Assembly (NCBI GenBank): GCA_965225855.1
Contig: CBDDCK010000005.1
Location: forward strand, 1,696,001-1,760,000
DNA from: Spirochaetia bacterium
Lineage (GTDB): Bacteria; Spirochaetota; Spirochaetia; SP-2023
Reading direction: 5' to 3'
DNA length: 64,000 nucleotides
The position numbers were made by a program, and so were the translations under genes. Every line of letters begins with the position of its first letter. Position 1 is the first letter of the stretch. Below are positions 18,157 to 29,619 of the stretch, one piece after another. The notes under the pieces are model-generated. The model did not search any database. It worked only from the letters and a program-made list of their open reading frames with translations, and was not told the origin of the DNA.

Positions 18157-20505
18157 ATGCGGACCACGGAATACCTCGATTTTGACTGGTACTACTGCTC
18201 AAAATTTCAGGATGCTTTTATTTTTGATTCTTCAAAGAGCTTAAAAGAACCAGAAAAAAGCGATAAAAGTGATAATTGGCAACGAGTTCAATTACCACAC
18301 ACAAATATAAAATTATCCAATTCATATTTTGACGACCGTGCTTTTACGTTTGTTTCAGCCTATCGGCGGGTGTTACACCTGCCAGAATGCAAAAATAAGC
18401 TACAATTTGTGCTTCTCCGTTTTGAAGGGGTCATGAACTACGCCGAGATCTATCTCAATGGGAAATTAATAACCAGCCATAAAGGTGGTTATACACCGTT
18501 TGAAGTCCTTCTACCAGAAAATCAGATGCATTCGGATAGTGAAAATGAACTATTTGTAAAGGTAGATTCTACTGAACGCAACGATACGCCGCCTTTTGGA
18601 AATTTAATTGATTACCTCACTTATGGGGGCATTTACCGTGAAGTTTCCTTGCATATTTGTGATGCCCTGCGATTTACTCATGTAAAACTAACCCCTGTAA
18701 TTCAAGATCCAGAATTCATCCAAAACAGGGATTCTTTGATAAGTGGGCACATAAACCTAGAAGTCGAAATCGCCAATCCACTTGGGCTACAAGGGGCTCA
18801 ACAGTTACAACTTGATTGCTGCAATAAAAATCAGAATTATACATTAGAGCTTACCGGTGCTACGACTCAAAGCTTCATAATAGAAAGTTCCCAGTTTGAT
18901 AATCTAAAATTATGGGATATCAACCAAGGCAACCTGTATGAAGTCCAGCTCCAATTGAACGATATGGATTATTACCATGACCGGATAGGTTGGCGCAACT
19001 GTCGTTTTACCCCTGAAGGCTTTTGGATTAATGGCCGTTATGAAAAACTCATCGGCCTGAACCGCCATCAAAGCTATCCTTATGCAGGTTACGCAATGCC
19101 AGCTAATGCCCAAGAAAAAGATGCAGATTTATTTTTAGAGTATGGCTGTAATATCCTGCGGACTTCCCATTACGTGCAACATCGAGAATTCATTAAACAT
19201 TGCGATGAAATTGGCCTGCTCGTATTCACTGAAATTCCAGGCTGGGGGTATATTGGGGATTCTACAGAATGGCAGGAACAAGTATTAGCCGATGTGCGCG
19301 ATATGATTCTACGTGACTATAACAGCCCCTCTATTGTTTTATGGGGCGTGCGGATCAATGAAAGTTTGGATCATCACGAGCTATACTCTAAGACAAATGC
19401 TCTGGCTCATCAGCTAGACCCGACCCGTCAAACCGGAGGGGTTCGCTGCCACCCAAATAGCGAACTGCTGGAAGATGTTTATACCATGAACAATTTTGTC
19501 TTAGGCGGTAGCTTGAATAAATGCCCCGTGGCTTTAAACGGTCAACACGAGATTACTGGATTGGAACAAGCCGTTCCTTATTTAACCACTGAATCCAATG
19601 GCCATATGTTTCCAACTAAAGCTTGGGACCCAGAAGAACGGCGTATAGAACACGCTATACGCCATCTACGTGTTATAGAAGCAGCGTATATTACCCAGCT
19701 ACATAGCGGTAGTATCAGTTGGTGCGCATTTGACTACAACACTCACCACGAATTTGGGGCTGGAGATAAAATTTGCCATCACGGAGTATTCGACATGTAC
19801 CGTCAGCCCAAGTTTGCCGCCTGGGCCTATCGCAGTCAAAAAGACCCCAAACAAGAAATTATACTCGAACCTTTAACCTGCTGGGCACTTGGGGAACGTG
19901 ATAAAGGTCAACTAGGACCACTTTGGATTCTGCATAATTGTGATTATATTTCCTTGTATATCAATAAGAAAGAACGCCCGGTAAATGGTTCTGCAAAAAT
20001 ATTTCCGGCAAGGGGTATATTTAAAGGTTTACCACATCCTCCCAGTGTTATTTGGGAGGTTGCCAATGTTTGGGGGAACTCTTTTGAAGACGCAGAATTT
20101 AAAGGCTTTATTGATGGGAAAGAAGTCCTTTCAAAAGAATTTTCTGCGAATCCAGTGGCTAGTAATTTACAATGGACGGTCGATCAAAAACAACTTAGTA
20201 TGCAACGTCCAGAATCAACCAGATTGTCAATACAAGTGGTCGATCAACTTGAAAATTCTCTGCCATTTATTTTTGGCATGCTTTGTCTCCACATTAAAGG
20301 CCCACAAGTCCAGATTTATGCAGATGAAGTCCAAACTACTATGGAATCAGAAGATACGGAAGTACAGAAAGTATTTGCTACCATTCGAGGCGGTTCTACG
20401 GCAATATGGCTAATCAGTTGTGGCGAACAAGGACGAGTGGAAATAAATGCTCAGATGCTTGGTTATCCACAACTTCAAGCAAATATCGAATTATATATCG
20501 ATTAA
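18157..20505 (+). CDS. Glycoside hydrolase family 2 (beta-galactosidase)
   Basis: FEGVM, HKGGYTPF, GGIYREV, GLNRHQ, RTSHY and WGVRINES motifs. Confidence 0.92.
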   Translation: MRTTEYLDFDWYYCSKFQDAFIFDSSKSLKEPEKSDKSDNWQRVQLPHTNIKLSNSYFDDRAFTFVSAYRRVLHLPECKNKLQFVLLRFEGVMNYAEIYLNGKLITSHKGGYTPFEVLLPENQMHSDSENELFVKVDSTERNDTPPFGNLIDYLTYGGIYREVSLHICDALRFTHVKLTPVIQDPEFIQNRDSLISGHINLEVEIANPLGLQGAQQLQLDCCNKNQNYTLELTGATTQSFIIESSQFDNLKLWDINQGNLYEVQLQLNDMDYYHDRIGWRNCRFTPEGFWINGRYEKLIGLNRHQSYPYAGYAMPANAQEKDADLFLEYGCNILRTSHYVQHREFIKHCDEIGLLVFTEIPGWGYIGDSTEWQEQVLADVRDMILRDYNSPSIVLWGVRINESLDHHELYSKTNALAHQLDPTRQTGGVRCHPNSELLEDVYTMNNFVLGGSLNKCPVALNGQHEITGLEQAVPYLTTESNGHMFPTKAWDPEERRIEHAIRHLRVIEAAYITQLHSGSISWCAFDYNTHHEFGAGDKICHHGVFDMYRQPKFAAWAYRSQKDPKQEIILEPLTCWALGERDKGQLGPLWILHNCDYISLYINKKERPVNGSAKIFPARGIFKGLPHPPSVIWEVANVWGNSFEDAEFKGFIDGKEVLSKEFSANPVASNLQWTVDQKQLSMQRPESTRLSIQVVDQLENSLPFIFGMLCLHIKGPQVQIYADEVQTTMESEDTEVQKVFATIRGGSTAIWLISCGEQGRVEINAQMLGYPQLQANIELYID

Positions 20506-20512
20506 TAAACAG

Positions 20513-20550
20513 CATGCCCCATCTAAGCCTGTGGCCTTAGATGGGGCATG
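20513..20550. terminator. Hairpin terminator after the GH2 gene
   Basis: 15-bp perfect stem catgccccatctaag / cttagatggggcatg. Confidence 0.8.
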
Positions 20551-20852
20551 AAAAGAAATTTTCAAAGAAAATCTCATATTATTTATTGTCGTAAGCAGCT
20601 CCAAAAGACTTTATCTCAACAAGTTGATTTGTTGCAAAAATTAACTTCTCTACCTTAAACAATAAAGAATACTTTTTATAGATTGGCCCAGAGATAGTAG
20701 AACGTTCCAAATTCGTAACATATGCCAACAAAAAGCGAACATAACTGTAACCGAGCCCGGAAAATGAAACACCCTCTTTTTCCAGCAACAACACAGGCAA
20801 ATATCCCAAACAAACACACTCTACAAATTAGCCTTGGTACGAGAGTAGTTAC

Positions 20853-21335
20853 CTATAAACTCATCGGATAGTTTGTCGTTAATACCTCCACTTTGGTTTT
20901 ACCTTTAGATTTGGCCTTAGGCATCGGCACTTCAATACTATACCAATCATTTTCTGCAACCGAATTGCGCAATGGTTCGGAGCGATAACTTGAAAGTAAG
21001 AACTTACCCTTAACTTGTGCCAGCTCGCTTAAAAGCGATTCATAATGACTTTTACCGTAACCATCATAATGTCCTTGATCACTATCAATATCAGGCGGGG
21101 CACAATAAAATAAGGTTTTTTCGGTATCCCAGCTGCGGATTATACGCAACACATCAGACGCTTCCATTTGCACATTCTGCAAACAAATCGTCAGTCCTTC
21201 AGTGAAACTCTTGCGCTTATTAGTAAGGCATTTACTGTTTTTGCCATCGCAGTCATAACCAAATGAGCCATTCAGCATAACGCTAAAACCAGTATTGGCT
21301 AGAATCCATCCTCTTTTTCTAGCGAAAGGTATCAC
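20853..21335 (-). pseudogene. Dam-like DNA adenine methyltransferase C-terminal fragment
   Basis: TLFYCAPPD (degenerate DPPY), KGKFLLSSY, EVLTTNY; SAM-binding N-terminus absent. Confidence 0.8.
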
Positions 21336-21538
21336 GAAGCACGCAAAGAATGCAGGGCTTTGGTCTGCATATTTGGCTTACCTAATATTAACAAAAAATG
21401 TAAAAAATCATTTGCTTCATAAGGTCTTAACAAAAATTAGTTCAGCCTCCAAGCTTATGTTTCATATTTTCAGACAGATCATTGTAAGCCATTGTATGCA
21501 AACCAGCATCGGTAGTAGAGACCGCTTTTGTTAAAGCA

Positions 21539-21830
21539 TCATCGGGCAGTTAAATCAGTATGAACATTTTTATTATGATTTAACGTCCACATTGTTCCCG
21601 TAGCGGGATCAATGATTAAATAACCAAGCAACCCACCAAAAAATAAATTTCCAACAATATACCAGCCATCGACTCTACTTTCAATAGATACAACTTGTTT
21701 TACATAACCTTCTTTTTTCACAAGTAATAGTATATTTTGCCCTCCTTAAATAATTATCCCCCGCTGGCAAAGTTACCTGTGCAGGAGTAGAACTTTCAAA
21801 AATAAGTATACCATTGCTTATTTATAAATG
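21539..21830 (-). pseudogene. Fragment of small PEGA-like membrane/lipoprotein
   Basis: TPAQVTL...KKEGY...DGWYIVGNLFFGGLLGYLIIDPATGTMWTL; reading frame interrupted upstream of 21721. Confidence 0.55.
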
Positions 21831-22019
21831 TTGGTGGGTACTTGGGTTTGGTGTTTCCAGCTATTGGTTAGGGTGAGACTCTTTACTTTGGCTTTACTTC
21901 GCAGGACAGAACTTCAAACAAAATTTGCTATAGTTAAAAAAAGCTTGACCCAGCTGTTTTGTTTATCTAATTTTGCCTGTGAAAATACTCTGTAATGAAA
22001 ATAGAGAAAGGAGTCGGAT

Positions 22020-22700
22020 TTGAGCAACAAAAAAGCAGAAAAAGCGGAGCAACAAGCGAATAAAGTGGATACTTCACAAGCCAGCACTAAGCCGAGTGCC
22101 CAAGAACATGCTCAAGAATTGCAAGATATAAATCTTCAACAAGAGGGCAATTTAAAATCAAAAAAAGAGACGGAACCACTTGATGAAGGTCATGAAATTT
22201 ATGAATCTGAAAAAATCAAACAAATGCAGGAAAACATAATTGAGCTGGAAGCGACAAAAAAAGATTTAAATGAGGCTTTGCTGCGCAAGCAAGCTGATTT
22301 TGAAAATTATCGCCGCCGAATGCAAAAAGAAAAGCAAGATGCTATCCAATTTTCCAACCGGAATTTAATTAGCGGGCTTTTAGAAGTTCTGGACAGTTTT
22401 GAACGAGCTTTAGCCTCCCATCAAAATGAAAAAGATTCTAGTCCTGCAATGAAAGACCTGTTTGAAGGTTTGGAATTATTAGAAAAACAGCTAGTGGACA
22501 TGCTTTGCACTGGCTGGGGCTTAAAAATGATAGATAGTGTTGGCCAAGAATTTGACCCCAATTTTCATGAAGCTTTAACAATGGAGGAAAATCCAGACTA
22601 TAAAGTACCAACCGTTGTCAAAAATTTCCAAACAGGATATACCCTGCACGGACGAATATTACGCCCAGCTAGGGTAAAGGTGGCCAAACCTTCTGAATAG
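22020..22700 (+). CDS. grpE: Nucleotide exchange factor GrpE
   Basis: ADFENYRRR, FDPNFHEA and GYTLHGRILRPARVKV; directly upstream of dnaK. Confidence 0.96.
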   Translation: MSNKKAEKAEQQANKVDTSQASTKPSAQEHAQELQDINLQQEGNLKSKKETEPLDEGHEIYESEKIKQMQENIIELEATKKDLNEALLRKQADFENYRRRMQKEKQDAIQFSNRNLISGLLEVLDSFERALASHQNEKDSSPAMKDLFEGLELLEKQLVDMLCTGWGLKMIDSVGQEFDPNFHEALTMEENPDYKVPTVVKNFQTGYTLHGRILRPARVKVAKPSE

Positions 22701-22823
22701 TAACGATAGATAAAGCTTGCCTTTGTTGCTGCGCTTTATCTATTTTGGAACTGAAACTAAATAATATTTAACAATATCCAGCTGTCATCAAATAACAGAA
22801 GGATTTTTTATAGAGGAAAATTT

Positions 22824-24749
22824 ATGGGAAAAATTATCGGTATCGACTTAGGTACAACGAACTCCTGTGTGTCCGTTATGGACGGTGGTAAATCCGAAGT
22901 AATCACGAATGAGGAAGGACAGCGCACCACGCCTTCTATGGTTGGCTATACGGATAAAGACGAACGGCTGGTCGGGCAGGCTGCCAAAAACCAAATGGTC
23001 ACCAACCCAAAAAATACGGTTTTTTCAATTAAACGCTTTATGGGTCGTAGATATAATGAAGTTTCTGAAGAACTAAAGCACTGCCCATACGAAGTTATTA
23101 AAGGCCCAAACGATGACCCCAGAGTCAAAATTCGAGATAAACAATTCTCACCACCAGAAATTTCTGCTGCGATTTTGCAAAAAATGAAAAAAACGGCAGA
23201 AGATTATTTGGGCGAAGAAGTAAAAGAAGCAGTGATTACTGTACCTGCATATTTTAATGATGCTCAACGCCAAGCCACTAAAGATGCTGGCCGAATTGCT
23301 GGCTTAGACGTAAAGCGAATTGTCAACGAACCAACCGCTGCAGCTTTAGCCTATGGTTTAGACAAAGTAAAAAAAGATGAAAAAATTGCGGTTTACGATC
23401 TAGGCGGTGGAACTTTTGATATCTCCATTCTCGATTTGGGAGAAGGGGTTTTTGAAGTGCGTTCAACCAATGGTGATACCCATTTAGGCGGAGATAATTT
23501 TGATGAAGTCGTTATTGACTGGATTATTAGTGAATTTAAAAGCCAAAGTGGTATAGACCTTTCTAAAGATAGTATGGCTTTGCAACGTTTAAAAGAGGCT
23601 GCAGAAAAAACCAAAAAAGAACTATCTTCGGCACAAAGCAGTAGCATCAATCTGCCCTATATTACCGCAGATGCCAATGGCCCAAAACATTTACAACTAG
23701 AATTGAGCCGTGCTAAGTTTGAATCCATGGTGGCCCACTTGGTAGAACGCACCAAAGAACCATGTCTTAAAGCGCTCAAAGATGCAGGTTATTCTCCTTC
23801 GGCTATTGACGAAGTGATTCTAGTGGGAGGTTCTACGCGTATTCCCGCCATTCAAAAAATTGTGAAAGACATTTTTGCTAAAGATCCCAACCGCAGTGTC
23901 AATCCTGATGAAGTGGTGGCAATGGGTGCCGCTATTCAAGGTGGGGTACTTGGTGGTGATGTCAATGATGTTCTACTGCTGGACGTAACGCCTTTGTCTT
24001 TGGGAATCGAAACCGAAGGCAGTGTGTTTACCAAATTAATTGAACGCAACACAACAATCCCCACACGCAAAAGTCAAATATTTTCGACAGCAGCCAACAA
24101 CCAAACAGCAGTAACCATTCACGTTTTGCAAGGTGAAAGGCCCATGGCAGCGCAAAACCGCAGCTTAGGTAATTTCAATTTGGAAGGTATACCCTCTGCA
24201 CCACGCGGTGTACCGCAAATCGAAGTTTCATTTGAAATCGACTCCAACGGTATTGTCCACGTTTCGGCCAAAGATATGGGCACCGGTAAGGAACAGAAAA
24301 TTCGCATTGAATCGTCTTCTGGTTTGTCGGATAGTGAAATTGAGAAAATGGTCAAAGAAGCTGAATTAAATGCGGGTGAAGATGAGAAAATCCGCAAGAA
24401 AATCGAGGCGAAAAATCAGGCAGACAGTTTGATTTATTCGGTTGATCAAACCTTGGAATCTGCGGCGGATAAGCTTTCGGAGCAAGAAAAAGGCGAGATT
24501 GAAAATGCCAAAAAAGAGCTGCAAGATGCCATTGCTTCTGGTAGTTTGGAAGACATTGAAGCGAAGATGAAAAACTTGCAAGATGTGGTGAGTAAATTTG
24601 CCGAAAAACTTTATGCTCAAAGTGGAAATTCTTCTGGTGGGGCCGGATCTGCTGGTTCGCAAGGGGGTAATCAAGCGAATGCAGATACTTCAAATTCCCA
24701 AAAGACTCAAGATGCTCAAGATGCTGATTTTGAGGTAGTGGATAAATAG
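22824..24749 (+). CDS. dnaK: Chaperone DnaK
   Basis: [18 protein letters not shown] and DLGGGTFD Hsp70 signatures. Confidence 0.99.
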   Translation: MGKIIGIDLGTTNSCVSVMDGGKSEVITNEEGQRTTPSMVGYTDKDERLVGQAAKNQMVTNPKNTVFSIKRFMGRRYNEVSEELKHCPYEVIKGPNDDPRVKIRDKQFSPPEISAAILQKMKKTAEDYLGEEVKEAVITVPAYFNDAQRQATKDAGRIAGLDVKRIVNEPTAAALAYGLDKVKKDEKIAVYDLGGGTFDISILDLGEGVFEVRSTNGDTHLGGDNFDEVVIDWIISEFKSQSGIDLSKDSMALQRLKEAAEKTKKELSSAQSSSINLPYITADANGPKHLQLELSRAKFESMVAHLVERTKEPCLKALKDAGYSPSAIDEVILVGGSTRIPAIQKIVKDIFAKDPNRSVNPDEVVAMGAAIQGGVLGGDVNDVLLLDVTPLSLGIETEGSVFTKLIERNTTIPTRKSQIFSTAANNQTAVTIHVLQGERPMAAQNRSLGNFNLEGIPSAPRGVPQIEVSFEIDSNGIVHVSAKDMGTGKEQKIRIESSSGLSDSEIEKMVKEAELNAGEDEKIRKKIEAKNQADSLIYSVDQTLESAADKLSEQEKGEIENAKKELQDAIASGSLEDIEAKMKNLQDVVSKFAEKLYAQSGNSSGGAGSAGSQGGNQANADTSNSQKTQDAQDADFEVVDK

Positions 24750-24847
24750 AAGCGGACAATTACAATCTGCAATTGCAAGATGATAGGTAAAATGATATAT
24801 GGAAAATTTTTCTATATATCATTTACTATTTGCCTCTAAAGGGAAAT

Positions 24848-25160
24848 ATGATTTCTGAAATTGTAATATTAAATATAAAGCCGGGTCAGTCTACTCAATT
24901 TGAGCAGACTTTTGCACAAGCGCAAAAAATTATCGCTGCTGTGCCAGGTTATCAATCGCATCAGCTGCAGCGTTGTATAGAGACTTCAAATCGTTATATT
25001 TTAATGGATTCAATGGCAAACTTTAGAAGCCCATATTCAAGGGTTCCGAAGTTCTGCGGAGTGCGAAAATTGGAAGACTTTGCTATACTATTTTTATGTT
25101 CCTCTTCCCGTTGTCGAACATTATCAATTTATTGATGGCTTACATGGGCAAAAATTTTGA
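24848..25160 (+). pseudogene. Antibiotic biosynthesis monooxygenase (ABM) family, frameshifted
   Basis: MISEIVILNIKPG...RYILM, then a +1 shift (~25006) to IQWQTLEAHIQGFRSS...VVEHY, stop at 25160. Confidence 0.85.
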
Positions 25161-25192
25161 TTGTCATCATGGAAAAATAAGGAAAGCAAACC

Positions 25193-26317
25193 GTGTCGAA
25201 ACGAGATTATTATGAAGTTCTGGGTGTGGGCAAAAGTGCCAGCACCGATGAAATAAAAAAGGCCTATCGAAAGTTAGCGGTCAAATACCACCCAGACCGA
25301 AACCCCAATAATGCCACAGCAGAAGAAAAATTTAAAGAAGCCACCGAAGCTTATGAAGTTTTAGCTGATACCAAAAAACGCCAGACTTATGACCAATTTG
25401 GCCATGCTGGTTTGGGCAATATGGGAGGAGGAGGTTTTGATTCTTCTGTTTTCTCTGGTTTTGAAGATTTATTTGGTGGAGATTTGGGTAGTATTTTTGG
25501 TAGTTTTTTTGGCGGCAGTGGCAGCGGGCGTTCCACGGGGCGTAATGCTCGCGGCAATGATTTGCGCTATACCATGGATTTGACCCTTTTTGAAGCCGTT
25601 TACGGTTGTAAGAAAGAAATTAGTTTCCGCCGTATAAGCTCCTGTAATACTTGTAAAGGTACGGGTAGCAAGGACGGCAAAGAGCAGTCTTGTGGCCAGT
25701 GCAACGGCATGGGCCAAGTGCGCCGTTCCCAAGGTTTGTTTTCGGTAGCGACAACTTGCCCAGCTTGCCAAGGTTCTGGCCAAGCAATTAGCAATCCATG
25801 TGGTTCTTGTAGAGGGAGCGGCCAACAACAGACTGAGCAACGGGTTAGTGTTACCGTCCCAGCGGGAGTCGATAACGATAGCCGTATTCGGCTGGAAAGT
25901 CAGGGTGATTATGGTCGAGGAAATCGTGCTTCTGCAGGCGATTTATATATTGTCTTTGGAGTCAAGGCTCACTCGTATTTTGAGCGCCACGATCACGACT
26001 TATATTGCGCCATGCATCTCAGTATTACCCAAGCAACCTTGGGTACCACTTTATATTTGGAAACTTTGGATAATAAGCAAATCAAGCTCAAAGTTCCCTC
26101 GGGTTGGCAGTCGGGCAAGAAAATGCGTATCAAAGGTGAGGGAGTGCCATTCTTAGGAAATAGCAGTCGTAGAGGTGATTTGTATGTTCAGTTGATTTTG
26201 CAAACGCCTCAAAAACTTTCTTCCAAAGCCAAGAAGTTATTAGAAGATTTGGCGAAAATTCAAGGAGACAGCGATGACCCTGGCCTACTTTCTCTGCGCG
26301 ATCTTGGACGAGATTAA
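25193..26317 (+). CDS. dnaJ: Chaperone DnaJ
   Basis: J domain with HPD, G/F region, four CxxCxGxG repeats. Confidence 0.98.
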   Translation: MSKRDYYEVLGVGKSASTDEIKKAYRKLAVKYHPDRNPNNATAEEKFKEATEAYEVLADTKKRQTYDQFGHAGLGNMGGGGFDSSVFSGFEDLFGGDLGSIFGSFFGGSGSGRSTGRNARGNDLRYTMDLTLFEAVYGCKKEISFRRISSCNTCKGTGSKDGKEQSCGQCNGMGQVRRSQGLFSVATTCPACQGSGQAISNPCGSCRGSGQQQTEQRVSVTVPAGVDNDSRIRLESQGDYGRGNRASAGDLYIVFGVKAHSYFERHDHDLYCAMHLSITQATLGTTLYLETLDNKQIKLKVPSGWQSGKKMRIKGEGVPFLGNSSRRGDLYVQLILQTPQKLSSKAKKLLEDLAKIQGDSDDPGLLSLRDLGRD

Positions 26318-26435
26318 TTGTTGCCTTCATAATATTAGGACTGGCTCTTTCGCGAATTTTTGAAGAGGGCGGCTATATGATGCAGGACGTGATAACTTTG
26401 TGCCATCGGACGTGATAACTCGATTTTTTCTACTT

Positions 26436-26649
26436 ACCAAGGCTATAATTGGCAAAAGCAGCCTTAATAAATTTTTCTAGCCTTGCTATGATATAGCTTT
26501 CCGCCTTGGATCAAGGCCTTGATCCAAGGCGGAAAGATGTATTGCACCAATGCGGAACAATACTTTATACCAAGGCTATAATTGGCAAAAGCAGCCTTGA
26601 TAAAAAATTTACCAAGGCTGCAATTGGCCAATGCAAGCGTTGCAACAAC
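26436..26649. repeat. accaaggctataattggc repeat cluster with a 40-bp perfect palindrome
   Basis: Units at 26436, 26569 and 26611; palindrome at 26497-26536; relatives at 47356-47501, 50555-50690, 12150-12175 and 1-64. Confidence 0.9.
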
Positions 26650-26655
26650 CAAACC

Positions 26656-28833
26656 CTACTTTATAACTTGAATACTAGTGGTTAGGTCTTCTGGACTACC
26701 AGGTACAAATCCTGCTGCTGCTTCAAGGTTATATGCACCAGTATTATCACTATCACCCTCCTTAACCAGTATCTTCTCGACTTCCGCTTTTACACTACCG
26801 CTTAAAGTAATTATTAATCTTGTTGCACTTGCACGAGAACCTGTGGCTTTGTTTACACCTACAGTTGAGTGCCGTGGTAATGTGAATCTCTTACTACCAT
26901 CACCGGATACAAGCGTCAATTTGCTAAAGTCCCACTCTTCAACTGCTGTCGGTAACCTGATACCTCTAATATATAACTTGCCTTCATCAGCATCGTAGGT
27001 TGCTCTGGTGATGCTGGCTACATAACCACTAACGGTAATAGGGTTGCTTGTGTCTTCTGCGCTACCACCTGCAAAGCCTGCTGCTGCTTCCAGGTTGTAT
27101 GCACCATTAGCATCACGAACACCTTCCTTAACCAGTATCTTCTCGGCTTCCGCTTTTACACTACCGCTTAAAGTAATACTTAAGTAGGTTGTACCTGCAC
27201 GAGAACCTGTGGCTGTGTTTTCACCTGCAGTTGCGTGCCGGGGTAATGTGTAGCTCTTACTACCATCACCGGATACAAGCCTCAATTTGCTAAAGTCCCA
27301 GTCTGCAACTGCTCTCGGTAACTTGATACCTGTAATATATAACTCGCCTGTATTAGCATTGTAGGTTGCTTTGTCGATGCTGGCTACATACCCAATAACG
27401 GTAATAGGGTTGATTGTGTCTTCTGCGCTACCACCTGCAAAGCCTGCTGCTGCTTCCAGGTTGTATGCACCATTAGCATCACGAACACCTTCCTTAACCA
27501 GTATAGCATTGGCTTTGGCTTTTACACTACCGACTAAAGTAATCTTTAAGAATGTTGCACTTGCTTCAGAACCTACGGCTCTGTTTCTATTTTCAGCAAT
27601 ACCTAGGTTTATGTTGTCTTTCCGGGGTAATGTGAATCTCTTAATACCATCACCGGATACAAGCGTCAATTTGGTGAAGTCCCAGCCATACACTGTTGAC
27701 GGTAAATTAGTACCTGTAATCTCTAACAAGCCTAAAGTAACATTATAGGTTACACGGGTAATTGCGGGTGGTGGGTTTCCACTAACGGCCAAGGCTTTGG
27801 CTGTATCTAAACCCGCCCAAGCACCAGTGCCAACGCTAAGCTTACCCTTTTTTAGACCATTGCTATCCATACCTGTCTTGCCATTCAGAGTAGTTTTATC
27901 GGTATCGGTAAGGTAAAGCCAAAGCGCTGTGCCATCGCTTTTCATACGGTACTTACCTTTTGCAAGACTGCGACTATCTGGCCCAGTGGCTGTGGCATCT
28001 GCAGTATAGGAATTTAAGGCTAAGCCATCTACCACGATGGTTTGGATTTGGGCTTGGGTCGCACTACCTAAGTGAGTACCTTGTAAAGTTAACAGCGCCG
28101 TGCCAACATTGTAACTTGCACGGGTAATTGCAGCTTTAGGCGACTCCTCTTCGACTTGTTCGTCTTTAGGTTGCTTAGGCAACTGATCTTCGGCTTCGGG
28201 TAGCTTAAGCGACTGATCTTCAGTTTCGGTCTTAGACTGCTTATCTTCGACTTCTTCGGTTTGTTCAGCTTGTTTGGCTTGTTCAGCTTGTTCGGCTTGC
28301 TTAGGCGACTGCTTATCTTCAGTTTGCTTAGGCGACTGCTTATCGGGTATATTCCTAACGGTTAAGTCTTTGGCTGTATCTAAACCCGCCCAAGCACCAG
28401 AGCTAGTAAGCAACCCTTTTTTTAGACCATCGCTACCCACCTTGGCCTCAAGAACAGCTTTATGTTGCTCGGTAAGTCTAAGCCAAAGCGCTGTGCCATC
28501 GTTTGCAATACGGTACTTACCTTCTGCAAGACCGTTACTATCTGGCCCAGTGGCTGGGTCATCTGCAGTATAGGAATCTAAGGCTACACCATTTGTTCGG
28601 CTTCCTACCCTGATAGTTTGGATTTGCGCTTGGGTCGCAGTTGTAGGACTTAAGTGAGTACCTTGTACGGTTAACAGCGCCGTGCCAACATCGTAGATAG
28701 CGTTATTGATAGTCGGCCCAGAAGGCCCAGAAGGCCCAGAAGATGGTGCATCGTCATCGGGTGGGGCGCAGGCCAAGGCCATAAAGGCCAGTAGCCAGGC
28801 TACTGGCAATAAAAATAGTTTGAGCTTATACAT
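26656..28833 (-). CDS. Modular surface lipoprotein, paralog 2 (A-linker-A-B-B-B)
   Basis: Same leader, signal peptide and lipobox as paralog 1; three B domains. Confidence 0.9.
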   Translation of the reverse strand: MYKLKLFLLPVAWLLAFMALACAPPDDDAPSSGPSGPSGPTINNAIYDVGTALLTVQGTHLSPTTATQAQIQTIRVGSRTNGVALDSYTADDPATGPDSNGLAEGKYRIANDGTALWLRLTEQHKAVLEAKVGSDGLKKGLLTSSGAWAGLDTAKDLTVRNIPDKQSPKQTEDKQSPKQAEQAEQAKQAEQTEEVEDKQSKTETEDQSLKLPEAEDQLPKQPKDEQVEEESPKAAITRASYNVGTALLTLQGTHLGSATQAQIQTIVVDGLALNSYTADATATGPDSRSLAKGKYRMKSDGTALWLYLTDTDKTTLNGKTGMDSNGLKKGKLSVGTGAWAGLDTAKALAVSGNPPPAITRVTYNVTLGLLEITGTNLPSTVYGWDFTKLTLVSGDGIKRFTLPRKDNINLGIAENRNRAVGSEASATFLKITLVGSVKAKANAILVKEGVRDANGAYNLEAAAGFAGGSAEDTINPITVIGYVASIDKATYNANTGELYITGIKLPRAVADWDFSKLRLVSGDGSKSYTLPRHATAGENTATGSRAGTTYLSITLSGSVKAEAEKILVKEGVRDANGAYNLEAAAGFAGGSAEDTSNPITVSGYVASITRATYDADEGKLYIRGIRLPTAVEEWDFSKLTLVSGDGSKRFTLPRHSTVGVNKATGSRASATRLIITLSGSVKAEVEKILVKEGDSDNTGAYNLEAAAGFVPGSPEDLTTSIQVIK

Positions 28834-29619
28834 AAGCAATACCTCCAAGAATGGATAAAGATTAGCCAACCCATACGGGCTAGTGCATAGAGCCCTATTG
28901 TGTTAGGGGGGGAATTGAGTCAAGGCCCATATAAGCTTTTTGTAAGTTTTTTACAAGTTTTTTTGTTTTTTAGTGTTTTGCTTAATAGTGATGGTTTAAA
29001 GTATAGAAGAGCTGTTGCGTTGCGTATGATCGTAGTAAACATCATGGCACAAAGTATAAGAATTTGGTATAAGAATTTGAGTTTTTTGTATCGCAGTACA
29101 GCCCAGTTTTTAGCAAAATAATACAATACAATTTTTTGCGATTTTTTTAGAGACTGCCACAGTCTCATTGGAAAATCCCTAGGTTGCCAATCAAAAAAGC
29201 TAGTAAGGTTTTCAGTCAAAACCTTACTAGCTTTTTGAGACCGTGGCCCGTTACCATGATATTTTGAAAGCATATTGTTGCCCAATTACTGCCGACAACC
29301 CATATGCCGAAAAACAAAAATTTTTTACTTGTTCCATTTGTGGATTCAGCCGAAAGGCATAAAAAAAGCGGTGCATGGTTTGGTTATCCTAGCACCGCTT
29401 TGGCTTTTTGAAGTTTTGAGCGTTTTGCTCTGGTTTGGTGTTAAAAATGGATTCTGGCTTTTTCTCGTGCAATGAAAATTTTTTACTTTTTTATTTTGGT
29501 TTTACTTTTTTATTTTGGAAAGTAAGCCAATTTTACCTTCCCATTTGTTCCAAAAAATCCCGAGTTATCACGTCTTATCCCGTTCAGTTATCATGTCCTC
29601 TTTCAGCTATAACATTCAA

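Noticed and set aside
21850..22020. CIRCE element / hrcA before grpE
   Set aside because: No TTAGCACTC-N9-GAGTGCTAA inverted repeat and no hrcA ORF.
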